Assembly (NCBI GenBank): GCA_030425645.1
Contig: JAUHZK010000002.1
Coordinates: forward strand, 192,487-256,486
Reading direction: 5' to 3'
Source of the DNA: Gammaproteobacteria bacterium
GTDB taxonomy: Bacteria; Pseudomonadota; Gammaproteobacteria; JAPPPA01
DNA: 64,000 bases
The notes under the pieces are model-generated. The model searched no databases. It was not told the DNA's origin and saw only the letters and a list, made by a program, of their open reading frames with translations. A program made the position numbers and the translations under genes. Shown here piece after piece: positions 32,431-42,330 of the stretch (position 1 is the stretch's first letter; every line of letters begins with the position of its first letter).

Positions 32431-33137
32431 ACCTTCAAGCCGGATGGGAAACGGTACTCAATAGCCCGTGGATGATGGTTGGTATGACCGTGGCTGGCTT
32501 TCATATTGGCAGCAAGCTCTATAACCACTTTGGCAAAACGCCGGTGTTACACCCAGTGTTAATTGGCCTTGCTATCACGATTGGATGCTTAGTGACGCTT
32601 GGCATTTCTTTCCAAGAATATCGCCAAGGCGCGGATATGATTTACCAGCTACTAGGGCCTGTGACGGTCGCCTTAGCCGTACCGATGTACACGCGCCTAG
32701 CTTATATTCGGCAAGCAGCCACAGCCGTCACGGTGGCCCTACTGATCGGCGGCGGCTTAGCCGTATTGTCAGCCCTTGGCTTTATGTGGATTGCGGGTGC
32801 AGACGCGGCAATGCTAGCCACCACCTCCACTAAATCCATTACTGGCGCCATTGCCATGCAGGTTTCAGAAGGCATTGGTGGTTCTGGAGCCTTAGCCGCG
32901 GTAATTGTATTGGTGACCGGCGTCGCTGGCGCCATTGTCGCCCCCGCTATTTTTAAAGCCTTAAAAATCGACAGCGAAGCCGCTCAAGGCTTTGCCCTAG
33001 GGGTTTCCGCGCATGCGGTTGGTACCGCGCGCTCTTTTGAAATCTCCGAAACCGCCGGTGCCTTTGCCGCCCTCGGCATGAGCTTGATGGGCATTGTTTG
33101 CGCTATTCTAATCCCGCTATTTGCGAGCTTTTTCTAG
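32427..33137 (+). CDS. lrgB: LrgB/CidB-family murein hydrolase modulator
   Basis: 236-aa polytopic membrane protein with LrgB-like glycine-rich helices. Translationally coupled to lrgA. Confidence 0.8.
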   Translation: MNLQAGWETVLNSPWMMVGMTVAGFHIGSKLYNHFGKTPVLHPVLIGLAITIGCLVTLGISFQEYRQGADMIYQLLGPVTVALAVPMYTRLAYIRQAATAVTVALLIGGGLAVLSALGFMWIAGADAAMLATTSTKSITGAIAMQVSEGIGGSGALAAVIVLVTGVAGAIVAPAIFKALKIDSEAAQGFALGVSAHAVGTARSFEISETAGAFAALGMSLMGIVCAILIPLFASFF

Positions 33138-33172
33138 CGACAAACACTGACTATAAACTCAGGGCAGCAAAC

Positions 33173-35281
33173 TTAGGCCGCATTCACCGTCACTGGCACC
33201 CCATTAACGGCGGCGTTACCGGATAGCGGGTCAATCAGTTTAGGATCGGTAAGGTCATTACAACTTTCCCCAGCCATGGCCTGGGCAATGCTTTGCTGCA
33301 CCCCGGGACGGCCGTGTCCCCAACCATGCGGCAGAGAAACGACGCCCGGCATCATATCGTCGCTAGCGACCACCTCAGTCACCAGCGCCCCAACGGCTGA
33401 AGCAATCTTCACCTGCTGCCCAGATTCAATGCCACGCGCCGACATATCGGCCGGGTTCATTAACAACTCATGCCGGGTTTTGCCTTTCGTTAAACGGTGA
33501 CTGTTATGCATCCAACTATTGTTAGAACGCACATGACGGCGGCCAATTAAGCTGAGCTGCTCGTCGCCGGCTTGCGTCAACAGCTGCTTAGCGCGGGTTA
33601 TATCATCCACATACAGAGCTTGATCTAAGACCACCGTTTTATCGCTGGTTTGCAGTCGCTTAGGCAACGCTGGTTTTAGCGACCCCAAATCAATCCCGGA
33701 AGGATTCTCTTGCAAGGTTTTGAGCGACAAAGCGGCTTTATGCCCTTTGGCTTTACCGTAACGCCCGGACTGCAAGGCAAAGTCCATCATCTGCGCCGGT
33801 GGCGGGCCTTTACGCGCGCTAACGCCTAGGCGCTCAGCCAACTTCTCGCCTAAGCCATTAAATATTTCCCAATCATGCTTGGCGTTTTCTGGTTTGGCCA
33901 ATACGGCTTCATTAAATCGCGCCGTATTACGCACCGCAAAACTGTGGAAAATCATGTCGTAATGATCATGCTCTAAGGGTGTTGTCGGCGGCAAAATGAC
34001 ATCGGCATGACAGGTGGTTTCATTAATCCACGGATCAATGCAGACCATAAATTCCAGCTGCTTAATCGCCGCTTCTAAACCTTTGCCGTTAGGCGTCGAC
34101 AACACGGGATTGCCCGCCGAGGTAATCAAGGCTTTTATTTGCCCTTCGCCGGGCGTGGTCATTTCTTCGGTTAAGCAAACCGCCGGCAGCTCGCCACTAA
34201 ACTCAGGCAAATTAGAAACCCGGCTACGCCAACGATCAAAGTTGCCCGCCTTACCAATGCCACCTTGAACCATATCTACCGCCGGTTGCGGAAACATGGC
34301 CCCTCCCTCGCGATCCAAATTGCCAGTGACAATATTGAGCACCTGAATCAGCCACTGACACAGACCACCAAACGACTGCACCGAACAGCCCATACGGCCA
34401 TGACAGACCGCCGCCTCAGCAGCGCTAAAATCACGCGCGATCTGTTTAATCGTATCCGTATCAATGCCACAAGCCGCAGCAACCTTCTCCGGCGTAAAGC
34501 CCTCCACGGCCTCTTTAACCGCTTCAACGCCGGTGACGTAGACAGGCACAGGACTATCTAGCTCTTCCGCAAAGATGGTTTGCAGTAAAGCTAATAGAAA
34601 CAACACATCAGACTGTGGCCGAATAAAGTGATGCTGATCTGCCACCTGAGCGGTTTCGGTACGGCGAGGGTCTAGTAATACCAACTGACCGCCCCTTTGC
34701 TGCAGGGCTTTAACGCGTTTAGCAAAATCCGGCACCGTCATAATCGACCCGTTCGACGCCATTGGGTTATTACCCAGCATCAGAAAATAATCGCAACGAT
34801 CAATATCTGGCACTGGCACATTCAACTGATGGCCATAGAGTTTTAACGCCGCTAACTGATGCGGCAATTGGTCTACCGACGTCGCCGAATAGCGGTTTTT
34901 AGTTTTGATCAGACCGAGAAAGTTTTGCGCGTGCGTCAAGCTGCCGTAGTTATGCACATTAGGGTTGCCAAGGTAGATACCGATGCCATCGGCACCATAT
35001 TTGTCATGAATATCGCCTAGGCGTTTAGCGACCAGTTCAAAGGCGTCTTCCCAGGATATTGGCATCCAACCATTAGCCGTGCGCCGCACGGGGCTACGGA
35101 GCCGATCAGGGTCTTCTTGGATGTCTTTCAGGGCGACGGCCTTAGGGCAAATATGACCGCGGCTAAGCGGGTCGTTTTTATCGCCCTTGATGGAATCAAT
35201 CACACCGTCGGTAACGGTGATTTCTAAGCCGCAAATGGCCTCACAAAGATTGCAGGCGCGGTAATGTGTTGTGGTTGTCAT
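33173..35281 (-). CDS. Molybdopterin-dependent oxidoreductase, cytoplasmic, formate-dehydrogenase/MopB-superfamily, with N-terminal 4Fe-4S CxxCxxxC motif
   Basis: 702 aa. N-terminus YRACNLCEAICGL. Molybdopterin dinucleotide-binding-like C-terminus. No twin-arginine signal. No adjacent electron-transfer subunits. Confidence 0.75.
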   Translation of the reverse strand: MTTTTHYRACNLCEAICGLEITVTDGVIDSIKGDKNDPLSRGHICPKAVALKDIQEDPDRLRSPVRRTANGWMPISWEDAFELVAKRLGDIHDKYGADGIGIYLGNPNVHNYGSLTHAQNFLGLIKTKNRYSATSVDQLPHQLAALKLYGHQLNVPVPDIDRCDYFLMLGNNPMASNGSIMTVPDFAKRVKALQQRGGQLVLLDPRRTETAQVADQHHFIRPQSDVLFLLALLQTIFAEELDSPVPVYVTGVEAVKEAVEGFTPEKVAAACGIDTDTIKQIARDFSAAEAAVCHGRMGCSVQSFGGLCQWLIQVLNIVTGNLDREGGAMFPQPAVDMVQGGIGKAGNFDRWRSRVSNLPEFSGELPAVCLTEEMTTPGEGQIKALITSAGNPVLSTPNGKGLEAAIKQLEFMVCIDPWINETTCHADVILPPTTPLEHDHYDMIFHSFAVRNTARFNEAVLAKPENAKHDWEIFNGLGEKLAERLGVSARKGPPPAQMMDFALQSGRYGKAKGHKAALSLKTLQENPSGIDLGSLKPALPKRLQTSDKTVVLDQALYVDDITRAKQLLTQAGDEQLSLIGRRHVRSNNSWMHNSHRLTKGKTRHELLMNPADMSARGIESGQQVKIASAVGALVTEVVASDDMMPGVVSLPHGWGHGRPGVQQSIAQAMAGESCNDLTDPKLIDPLSGNAAVNGVPVTVNAA

Positions 35282-35358
35282 ATGGGTCTCCTGCTAAGCA
35301 GTTTGCCTAGCAGGAGACCATGAAACAAGGGCTATTTAATAAGCCGTTTGAGCTAGCT

Positions 35359-36717
35359 CTAAAGCGCGAACAAGCCCGCGTTAATCCACTTATGCGTCCA
35401 AATGCTGGCGAAATAACCGAGCGCGATTGCTGGCGTCCATTTGGCGTGACTCATAAAGGTGTATTGACCACGTGCCTGCCCCATCAAGGCAACACCCGCG
35501 GCAGAACCGATGGACAACAAAGAACCACCAACACCAGCCGTTAAGGTCACCATCAGCCAGTCACCGTGGCTCATTTCAGGCCCCATGCTAAGCACTGCAA
35601 ACATCATTGGAATATTGTCCACAAGGGCTGAAAAAATACCGACCAAGGTGTTTGCGACATCTGGGCCCAAGTCGACATAGAAATAACCCGACATCTTGCC
35701 TAGGTAGCCGATGAAGGACAAACCGCCGACGCTCATAATCACGCCATAGAAGAACAACAAGGTATCCCACTCAGCACGGGCGATTTTGTTGAAGACATCA
35801 AATGGCACAACCTCACCCAAGTTGGCGTGGTCTTTTTCACCGGGCGCCCAAGCGAACTTCTGCTCGCGCATACGCAGGTAAAAGCCAAAGAACTTCAGAT
35901 AGGCCAAGCCTGTCATCATGCCAATCGCAGGCGGTAGATGCAGGAAGGTATGGAAGCAAATCGCCGTTACCACCGTCATTAAGAACAGGAACACACTGCG
36001 CTTGGCGCCCTTACCCATACTGATAGTTTCGTCGCTGGCTTCTGGCGTGCCTTTTGGCACAGCAAGGAACATAAATACGGCTGGAATAATGTAGTTAACG
36101 ACTGACGGTACAAACAGCGTAAAGAATTCAATAAAGCTAACGCGACCGCTCTGCCAGACCATTAACGTAGTGATATCGCCAAACGGGCTGAAGGCACCAC
36201 CGGCATTTGCGGCAACAACGATATTGACGCAACTAACCGCCACGAAACGACGGCTGTCTTTGCCTAGCACCAAGACGATGGCGCACATGATCAAGGCAGT
36301 GGTTAAGTTGTCAGCGATCGCCGACAGGAAGAACGAGATCCAACCCGTTAGCCAAAACATGGTGCGGTAGCTGTAACCACGTGTCGTCAACGCCACGCGA
36401 ACCGCATCAAACACGCCCCGCTCCTGCATGGTATTGATATAGGCCATCGCCACAAGCAAGAACAGGAATAATTCGGCATATTCCAGCAGGTTATGTCGCA
36501 GAAAAACTTCAGCCGAATCGGGAATGTCGTTAGCAACGTAAACACCGGCAATCAACGCCCAAATGATGCCAGCCGCCAATGTTACCGGCTTCGACTTGCG
36601 CAAATGAATCGTGTCTTCAAGCACCACCACAATCATGGCGACGACAAACACGGCGATACTCGTAAAGCCAACCCAATGGTTGGTGAGATCCAAGGTAGTG
36701 AGTTCTGATAAAACCAT
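35359..36717 (-). CDS. nhaD: NhaD-family Na+/H+ antiporter (ArsB/NhaD permease superfamily)
   Basis: 452 aa, about 12 transmembrane segments, typical NhaD N-terminal region. Confidence 0.7.
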   Translation of the reverse strand: MVLSELTTLDLTNHWVGFTSIAVFVVAMIVVVLEDTIHLRKSKPVTLAAGIIWALIAGVYVANDIPDSAEVFLRHNLLEYAELFLFLLVAMAYINTMQERGVFDAVRVALTTRGYSYRTMFWLTGWISFFLSAIADNLTTALIMCAIVLVLGKDSRRFVAVSCVNIVVAANAGGAFSPFGDITTLMVWQSGRVSFIEFFTLFVPSVVNYIIPAVFMFLAVPKGTPEASDETISMGKGAKRSVFLFLMTVVTAICFHTFLHLPPAIGMMTGLAYLKFFGFYLRMREQKFAWAPGEKDHANLGEVVPFDVFNKIARAEWDTLLFFYGVIMSVGGLSFIGYLGKMSGYFYVDLGPDVANTLVGIFSALVDNIPMMFAVLSMGPEMSHGDWLMVTLTAGVGGSLLSIGSAAGVALMGQARGQYTFMSHAKWTPAIALGYFASIWTHKWINAGLFAL

Positions 36718-37091
36718 AAGTTTTCCGATAAACCCATGCTCCCCGCGCCATTGGCACGAAGGGCAAGTATTAGCGTGGATAAAGTTTCCGCAGACGCTAC
36801 AAACGCTGTCACAAGGCGGCTAAAATGGAGCCACCAGCATCTATACGCTGGCGAATTAGGCGCGCATTCTACCCGAACTTTCGCTTTAACTTGGTGCAGA
36901 TTGCACCAATATTGAGAGCTTCACATTGGGTCATTTTTGGTTAACAAGTTGCTAAACCAATAGTATTAGTCAAAATCATGCTATATGATTTTCTCTATAC
37001 GCTGACAAACAGCTCGCGCCTTGCCCGTTACGGCTTAACAACACAACGCCGTATCCGGCTTTAACGAAACCTACACTTCTGGAGTATTTTC

Positions 37092-37760
37092 TTGAGCAAC
37101 GCAAACGCCCCGGCACCATTGGTTGACACCATTGCTCATTATATTTCTGAGCTCATTCTTAACGGTGAGCTGCCGCCCGGCGCCCGTGTTAATGAAGCCG
37201 AAATGGCGGAACGTTTTGGTGTGAGCCGCGGCCCCGTTAGAGAGGCCATTGCCATTCTGAGCTCTGGTTTCATCGTTGATGTTTATCCACGTCGCGGCGC
37301 CTTTGTAGCCGACATGGATGGCGAAACCGTCAAGCAGCTTTGTGAATATGCTGCCTACCAGTTCGCAAACCTAGTGCGAGAGCTACAACGCAGCATCCAC
37401 TCTCCCAGCCAGCTCGACGTTTTCGATCCGCTTATTGCCAAGTTAACTGAACTAGCCGCTGATCCCGACACCAGTGTTAAAAAGTTTCAAGATGCCTGCT
37501 TGGCTGTCGAAACCCAAGCCTGCGACATGATTCAGAACCGCTTCTTGCTTGAGGCCTTATCTCAAATGGGCCTAGCAGTGCGCCGCGTAGAAGCCTTAGC
37601 GTTTGAACAACGCAATGCAATTGAGCTACACGCCGCCTTTATCACTAAAACCCTAGCTGTTTTACGAGAAACTCCGTTTGACGAAGATATTGATCGACAT
37701 TTCCGCAGCCATTATGAAGAGATGTGGAAGCAGCTGGTAAGGCAAGGAAAAATCAGCTAG
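37092..37760 (+). CDS. GntR-family (FadR/FCD subfamily) transcriptional regulator
   Basis: N-terminal wHTH with EAEMAERFGVSRGPVREAI, C-terminal FCD-like helical domain. Divergent from nhaD and immediately upstream of the accessory hydrolase locus. Confidence 0.85.
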   Translation: MSNANAPAPLVDTIAHYISELILNGELPPGARVNEAEMAERFGVSRGPVREAIAILSSGFIVDVYPRRGAFVADMDGETVKQLCEYAAYQFANLVRELQRSIHSPSQLDVFDPLIAKLTELAADPDTSVKKFQDACLAVETQACDMIQNRFLLEALSQMGLAVRRVEALAFEQRNAIELHAAFITKTLAVLRETPFDEDIDRHFRSHYEEMWKQLVRQGKIS

Positions 37761-37783
37761 CTACTGACTTAGACAAAAAAAGG

Positions 37784-37812
37784 GCGCTATTAGCGCCCTT
37801 TTTTATGCCTGC
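37784..37812. terminator. Bidirectional rho-independent terminator
   Basis: aaaaaaagggcgctattagcgcccttttttat: a perfect stem flanked by A-run and T-run, between convergent gntR and the acylase gene. Confidence 0.85.
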
Positions 37813-37821
37813 ATTCGAGCT

Positions 37822-40665
37822 TTATTCAAAACTCATCAGCTGCTGATAAGTAGGTCGGTTAACCCAGTGCATTGGTGTTAAATCGGCAGTGGCGTCAGGA
37901 ACCGGAATAAATAAAATTTCTTCACGCGCCATGGTAATACTGCCAGGTTGTCCACTCGCTTGAGCCGCGGCATCTAAAGCCGCCCAGATACGCTCCGCAC
38001 ATTGTTGCGCGGTAGGTTCGTCGCCCAAGGCATCCGCGCCACAATGGCGTTGGCTGGTGGGTGTATTTACCGGATCACCCAAAGCCATCGACAACTCTGT
38101 CCACATATGGCCGTAATGGCCACCCTGATAAGCGCTACCGGCAAGGCCTGGTGCGTTATCACGGCCTCCCACCAAGGCATCAATCGGCGCAAAGGTAAAG
38201 GTCTGATCGATCAATGGGTTCCAAAGATTATCCATGAAGGTAACGGCGGCACCACGGTCATAATTACCGTCATTGTCGCCGTCGCGACGCAGGGACTCAT
38301 GGGCAACCCAATCATCTAAAACCGGCAGCCACTGTTCAATCAAGCCACCCGGTGACAACTCTGGAAAACGTTTAGCCAAACGCAATGCCAACGGCAACAC
38401 GTGTGAACCACGAAAATCGGTTAAGCCAGCCTCTTCCATCAACTGCGTAAAACGCACCGCAGAAATCTTATTCCCAGCTTCAACCTCTTCAACAATTTTG
38501 TCTTCAAGCATATCGGCCCGATATAAAGCGCTGTAGTTCCACTTCGTATCCGAAGCGCCCCAGTTAGGCGAATGTTTGTTATTCCAGCTAACAATGAAGC
38601 CCCGCTCAGGATTCGCTTCTTGAGGGTGTTCAGTTGGTGGCATTAGGCCTTGCCAGTCCCACTCGCCAGTACCCAGTACCGGGAAGTCAGGATCAACTGC
38701 GTTGTTACGCACTGGGAACAAACCACCGTGGTAATAGGCAATTTCATCACCGCTATTCCACATCCAATTGGTAGATAGGTTCATGGGGTGCATATTGGCC
38801 AAATACTTTTCCGCCGTATCCGACTTACCGGTAACCCAGCGATACATGGTAACCGCGCCATCGGCCTCCTTAAATAAGGTCGTTCTAGCCCGCACAACGG
38901 CGACTGGAACCTGATTGCCGTCCCCGTCAGTTAGCACACTACGCGCTACTACCGGACCATGTACGGTACGTTCAGCAATGATGTCAGTAATGCCTAACTC
39001 CGCTAGTGCCTCCAATGGGATTTGATCCAAGGGAATTTCGCTTAACGGTAACTGCGTTAATACTGGTGCCAACTCCGGCACAATGGTGCCCTGCTGAATT
39101 TCAGACACAAGCCGCTTGGCAAACCAGCTCATCGGCTTACATTCACCGTTATGCAAATAATGGCGGCTATGTTCGGTTGGGCTACCGCCATTGGGTTCGC
39201 ATAACACCTCAACAAAAGTATCGACCATATCTGAGCCACCCGCTGTTGCAGTCCAAGCGTAATTGCTGGCGCGACCAATTACTGGGGCGAAGCTTAAGCC
39301 AGGAAAACCAGCACCACGGGTATGTACCGTTTCACCGTGAGCTTCAAACTCAAACAAAATTTGAGGCGAGAAATAACCGGTTTGCGGACCACCTAGCTGA
39401 ATTGGACGACCAGTGTCCGACAGCGACCCATCAATCACCATGGCATTAGACATCGAACCACTGCGGCTTAAATCTAAAACTCCTAGCTGCGTGTCTAGGC
39501 GTAACAAATCCCAGTTAATTTGCGAGGCTGCATTTAGCTCGGAGAACTGAGCCGACATACTGGCGTATTGGCTAAGACTTTGGGGCTTGCCGAATAAGCT
39601 AGTCAGAAACACCTGCAAGCCCAAATCACCGGTGTCGACATTCATCGCGTTAGCGGCCGCCTCAATAGCGGCTTCGTCGCGCTGGTTGTATTCGAAACGT
39701 TCGTCGGTGGTATGCACCGGCGCATCATGGTTATTACGATTACGAAAATCGTCATAAATACGGCGGGCATCGTCACCAAACTGCGCTCGCAGTTGCATCA
39801 TCTTGGCTGCATTGCCGAGCTCCGCGCCCCCGTCGGCGCCAAACATCGCTCTAACAACCGTCGCTGCAGCCACCACATCACCCATAGTCCACGGTGCGGG
39901 CGTCACCCCCAGCTCAGCCAAGACGCTCGGTAACGGTAGTTCAGAAGAGTAAATGCCCGTTAGGTAGGCATTAACACCATCAACAAAATGACGTACCGCC
40001 TCGACGGTTTTTTCGCCGTCTTCGCCATAAATAGCAGCCCGTTCTATCTGTGCTTCATACTCGGCCGGCGTATAAGGATACATACGCACCCATTCCGCAT
40101 CGGCTAACCAAGCCGCTGCCGTACCTAACAACTCAAAGGCTTCGGCGCGCCCTAGTGCTCTAAGCAGCTCCATCACCGTCAGACGATCTTCAGCGGTGAC
40201 ATAACCCGCACCAAAGAAAGCGTCATTGTCGGTGTCACCATAAATAACTGGGATACCCCATTTAGCATCGCGCTTAATGGTCACACCCGTTTTCGGGGAA
40301 TATTCGCGCTCTATGCCCCAGCGTTCTTCTGGGTGAAACAGTCCGTCTTTAAAATAGGTTTCCATCAACTGCGCAGACTCTAATTCTGGATAACCCTGGA
40401 CCAGGTTGTCGTACATGGAAATTTCATCATGAGCATGTCGGTAATCTGTACCTGGCGGCACGATAGTACCGGCAACGGTTGCACAGTCGGTTGCATTACT
40501 ACCACCCGCATCAGCCCGGCAGTTAGGCAAGGCTTGGTCGCGGTCTCCGTTACCACCACCCGGCCCAGTCCCTGTATCTGTACTAGACGAATCAGCACCA
40601 CCACTACAAGCTGCTACCGTAAGTACAACCAAAGCCATTAGCAGTCGCCAAGCAACTCTACTCAT
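37822..40665 (-). CDS. Penicillin-acylase-family (peptidase S45, Ntn-hydrolase) lipoprotein, AHL-acylase/penicillin-amidase-like, unusually long (947 aa)
   Basis: Lipobox LTVAAC followed by a Ser/Gly/Thr linker. An alpha-subunit motif GIPVIYGDTDNDAFFGAGYVTAEDRLTVMELLRALGRAEAFELLG matches the S45 consensus. A candidate N-terminal nucleophile GSMSNAM (SN.W-like) follows a spacer region. Confidence 0.8.
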   Translation of the reverse strand: MSRVAWRLLMALVVLTVAACSGGADSSSTDTGTGPGGGNGDRDQALPNCRADAGGSNATDCATVAGTIVPPGTDYRHAHDEISMYDNLVQGYPELESAQLMETYFKDGLFHPEERWGIEREYSPKTGVTIKRDAKWGIPVIYGDTDNDAFFGAGYVTAEDRLTVMELLRALGRAEAFELLGTAAAWLADAEWVRMYPYTPAEYEAQIERAAIYGEDGEKTVEAVRHFVDGVNAYLTGIYSSELPLPSVLAELGVTPAPWTMGDVVAAATVVRAMFGADGGAELGNAAKMMQLRAQFGDDARRIYDDFRNRNNHDAPVHTTDERFEYNQRDEAAIEAAANAMNVDTGDLGLQVFLTSLFGKPQSLSQYASMSAQFSELNAASQINWDLLRLDTQLGVLDLSRSGSMSNAMVIDGSLSDTGRPIQLGGPQTGYFSPQILFEFEAHGETVHTRGAGFPGLSFAPVIGRASNYAWTATAGGSDMVDTFVEVLCEPNGGSPTEHSRHYLHNGECKPMSWFAKRLVSEIQQGTIVPELAPVLTQLPLSEIPLDQIPLEALAELGITDIIAERTVHGPVVARSVLTDGDGNQVPVAVVRARTTLFKEADGAVTMYRWVTGKSDTAEKYLANMHPMNLSTNWMWNSGDEIAYYHGGLFPVRNNAVDPDFPVLGTGEWDWQGLMPPTEHPQEANPERGFIVSWNNKHSPNWGASDTKWNYSALYRADMLEDKIVEEVEAGNKISAVRFTQLMEEAGLTDFRGSHVLPLALRLAKRFPELSPGGLIEQWLPVLDDWVAHESLRRDGDNDGNYDRGAAVTFMDNLWNPLIDQTFTFAPIDALVGGRDNAPGLAGSAYQGGHYGHMWTELSMALGDPVNTPTSQRHCGADALGDEPTAQQCAERIWAALDAAAQASGQPGSITMAREEILFIPVPDATADLTPMHWVNRPTYQQLMSFE

Positions 40666-40784
40666 GATTCTCCTCCAAGAGATATTTACTAATTTGTTTT
40701 GGTTATCGTACTTAACAGTTGTTCAAAATCAAGAGGGCGCAGATGAACGGCTACGCAAACAGCCGCAGCGGTTAAAATAGCCGC

Positions 40785-41207
40785 ATGAGGACTGCCGAAA
40801 CACACACAGCCCGCAGCGAATTCGGCCACTTAATGTGGCTTTACGAACGGAACTACCAACTCGCAAGAAACCTATTGGGAAGCATTAGCGAAGAGGCAAC
40901 CGAGGCCGAAATTCAAAGCAAAAATGATGATTTAGCCCTGAGTATCACCCTACTCGATAGGCAGCGGCACACTGAAACCTGGCATCTGACTTATTGGTTT
41001 CACGATGGCGATAGCGAGATAGCCGACCCTGATATTGAGCTCAAGCTTTATCACGACACCAAACAAGCCGAATGTTGGCGAGTCGGCAACCACGACCATT
41101 TAGAGCTATTGCGCGCCTTTAAAACCGAAGCCACCGACGCCCTAGAGCGCAAGTGGCAACGGAATATGATGCTGCATAAGTGGCTGCAGTATTTACTGCA
41201 GTCTTAA
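40785..41207 (+). CDS. DUF1249-family protein (YqiB-like)
   Basis: WLYERNYQLARNLL, TWHLTYWF, KLYHDTKQAECWRV and MLHKWLQYLL align with the E. coli YqiB conserved blocks. Confidence 0.8.
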   Translation: MRTAETHTARSEFGHLMWLYERNYQLARNLLGSISEEATEAEIQSKNDDLALSITLLDRQRHTETWHLTYWFHDGDSEIADPDIELKLYHDTKQAECWRVGNHDHLELLRAFKTEATDALERKWQRNMMLHKWLQYLLQS

Positions 41208-41318
41208 TAGCGCTAACGACTACCTTGGCGCTCTGAAACTCAGAACGATCAGGTATCAAACCTTCGCGTTCAACTCAAAGGCCCACGCATCTAATAGAGT
41301 CACCCGGCGCCTGAAGCG

Positions 41319-42330
41319 CTATTGCGGCACCCAACCCGCAGGGTTACTGGCATAGAGGTAGTTACCCGCAACTGGATCTAAACCGTTATCGATCGCTACA
41401 TGAACCCACGAGCTTGGCCCAAACACAACATCATCAGGACAATGCGCTGCAATATCTAAGTGGATGGTCAGTGAGCCCGTGTCAGCATTCGCTGTGTAGC
41501 TAGTACGATCAGCACCCAGCTCGACGTTACAACTGTTGCCGTCACTGCTGCCCGTGCTTGGGCCGTAACCGATCGTCATCCATGCCGTGGCATCGCCTAA
41601 TGGTGGCAGGTCTAGATCACCGTCACCACGAGTCACTGGGCCCGCGCCTTGGATCACTACGTCGATCTTCTCAGCACCGTCTAGGTTGCCGTTGATCGGC
41701 TCAAGGATCACAAGCGGTGTTGCGACACTAAGTAACGGGTCCGCTACGCGGCCGTTCGGATTGGTTGCGTAAAGGTAGTTAACACCCTCTTCACCATTGT
41801 CATCAACTGATACATGCACCCAAGTGCTTGGGCCATATTGGCTCACGCCGCAACCAGCAAGATCCATATGCAAGGTAATGTCTTCACCCGATACGGTGTA
41901 GTTAGCTGGATTGTCTAAACGCACTGAGCAGGCGTTGCCCTGCGAGCTGCTGGTGCTAGGGCCGTAACCTAAGCTGACCCAGGCCACAGCAGCACCTGGA
42001 ACTTGCAGAACGCCATTGTCGTCAACAACAGGACCGGCACCCGCAATCACGATATCCATGCCTTCTGCACGACCATCGCCGTCTTGATCCAGTCGTTGCT
42101 CCACTACATCAACCACTAATGGCTGACTGAATAATATGTCGCTTAACTCATTCTCGTTAGAACCAGGGCATACTACCCCCGAACTGGCCGGGTAAATCTG
42201 CACTTGGTGCTCTGCATCAACGATAAATCGAGTTCTATCCACGGGGCTAGCACCATCGACACACACGATGGCGTCATCACCAAGCTGCTCCAAGCTCAAA
42301 ATAGAGAAACCATCACTAATGACAGTACCT
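41319..42330 (-). repeat. Duplicated C-terminal module, about 165 aa x2 (...GYGPSTxSSxGNxC...GPSxWVHVxxDxxxxxxxNYLYAxNPxG)
   Basis: Two aligned copies ending ...VNYLYATNPNGRV and ...GNYLYASNPAGWVPQ. Confidence 0.6.

Noticed and set aside
35320-35544. 74-aa plus-strand ORF between the Mo-oxidoreductase and nhaD
   Set aside because: It overlaps the 3' end of nhaD on the opposite strand. Basic low-complexity translation with no RBS.
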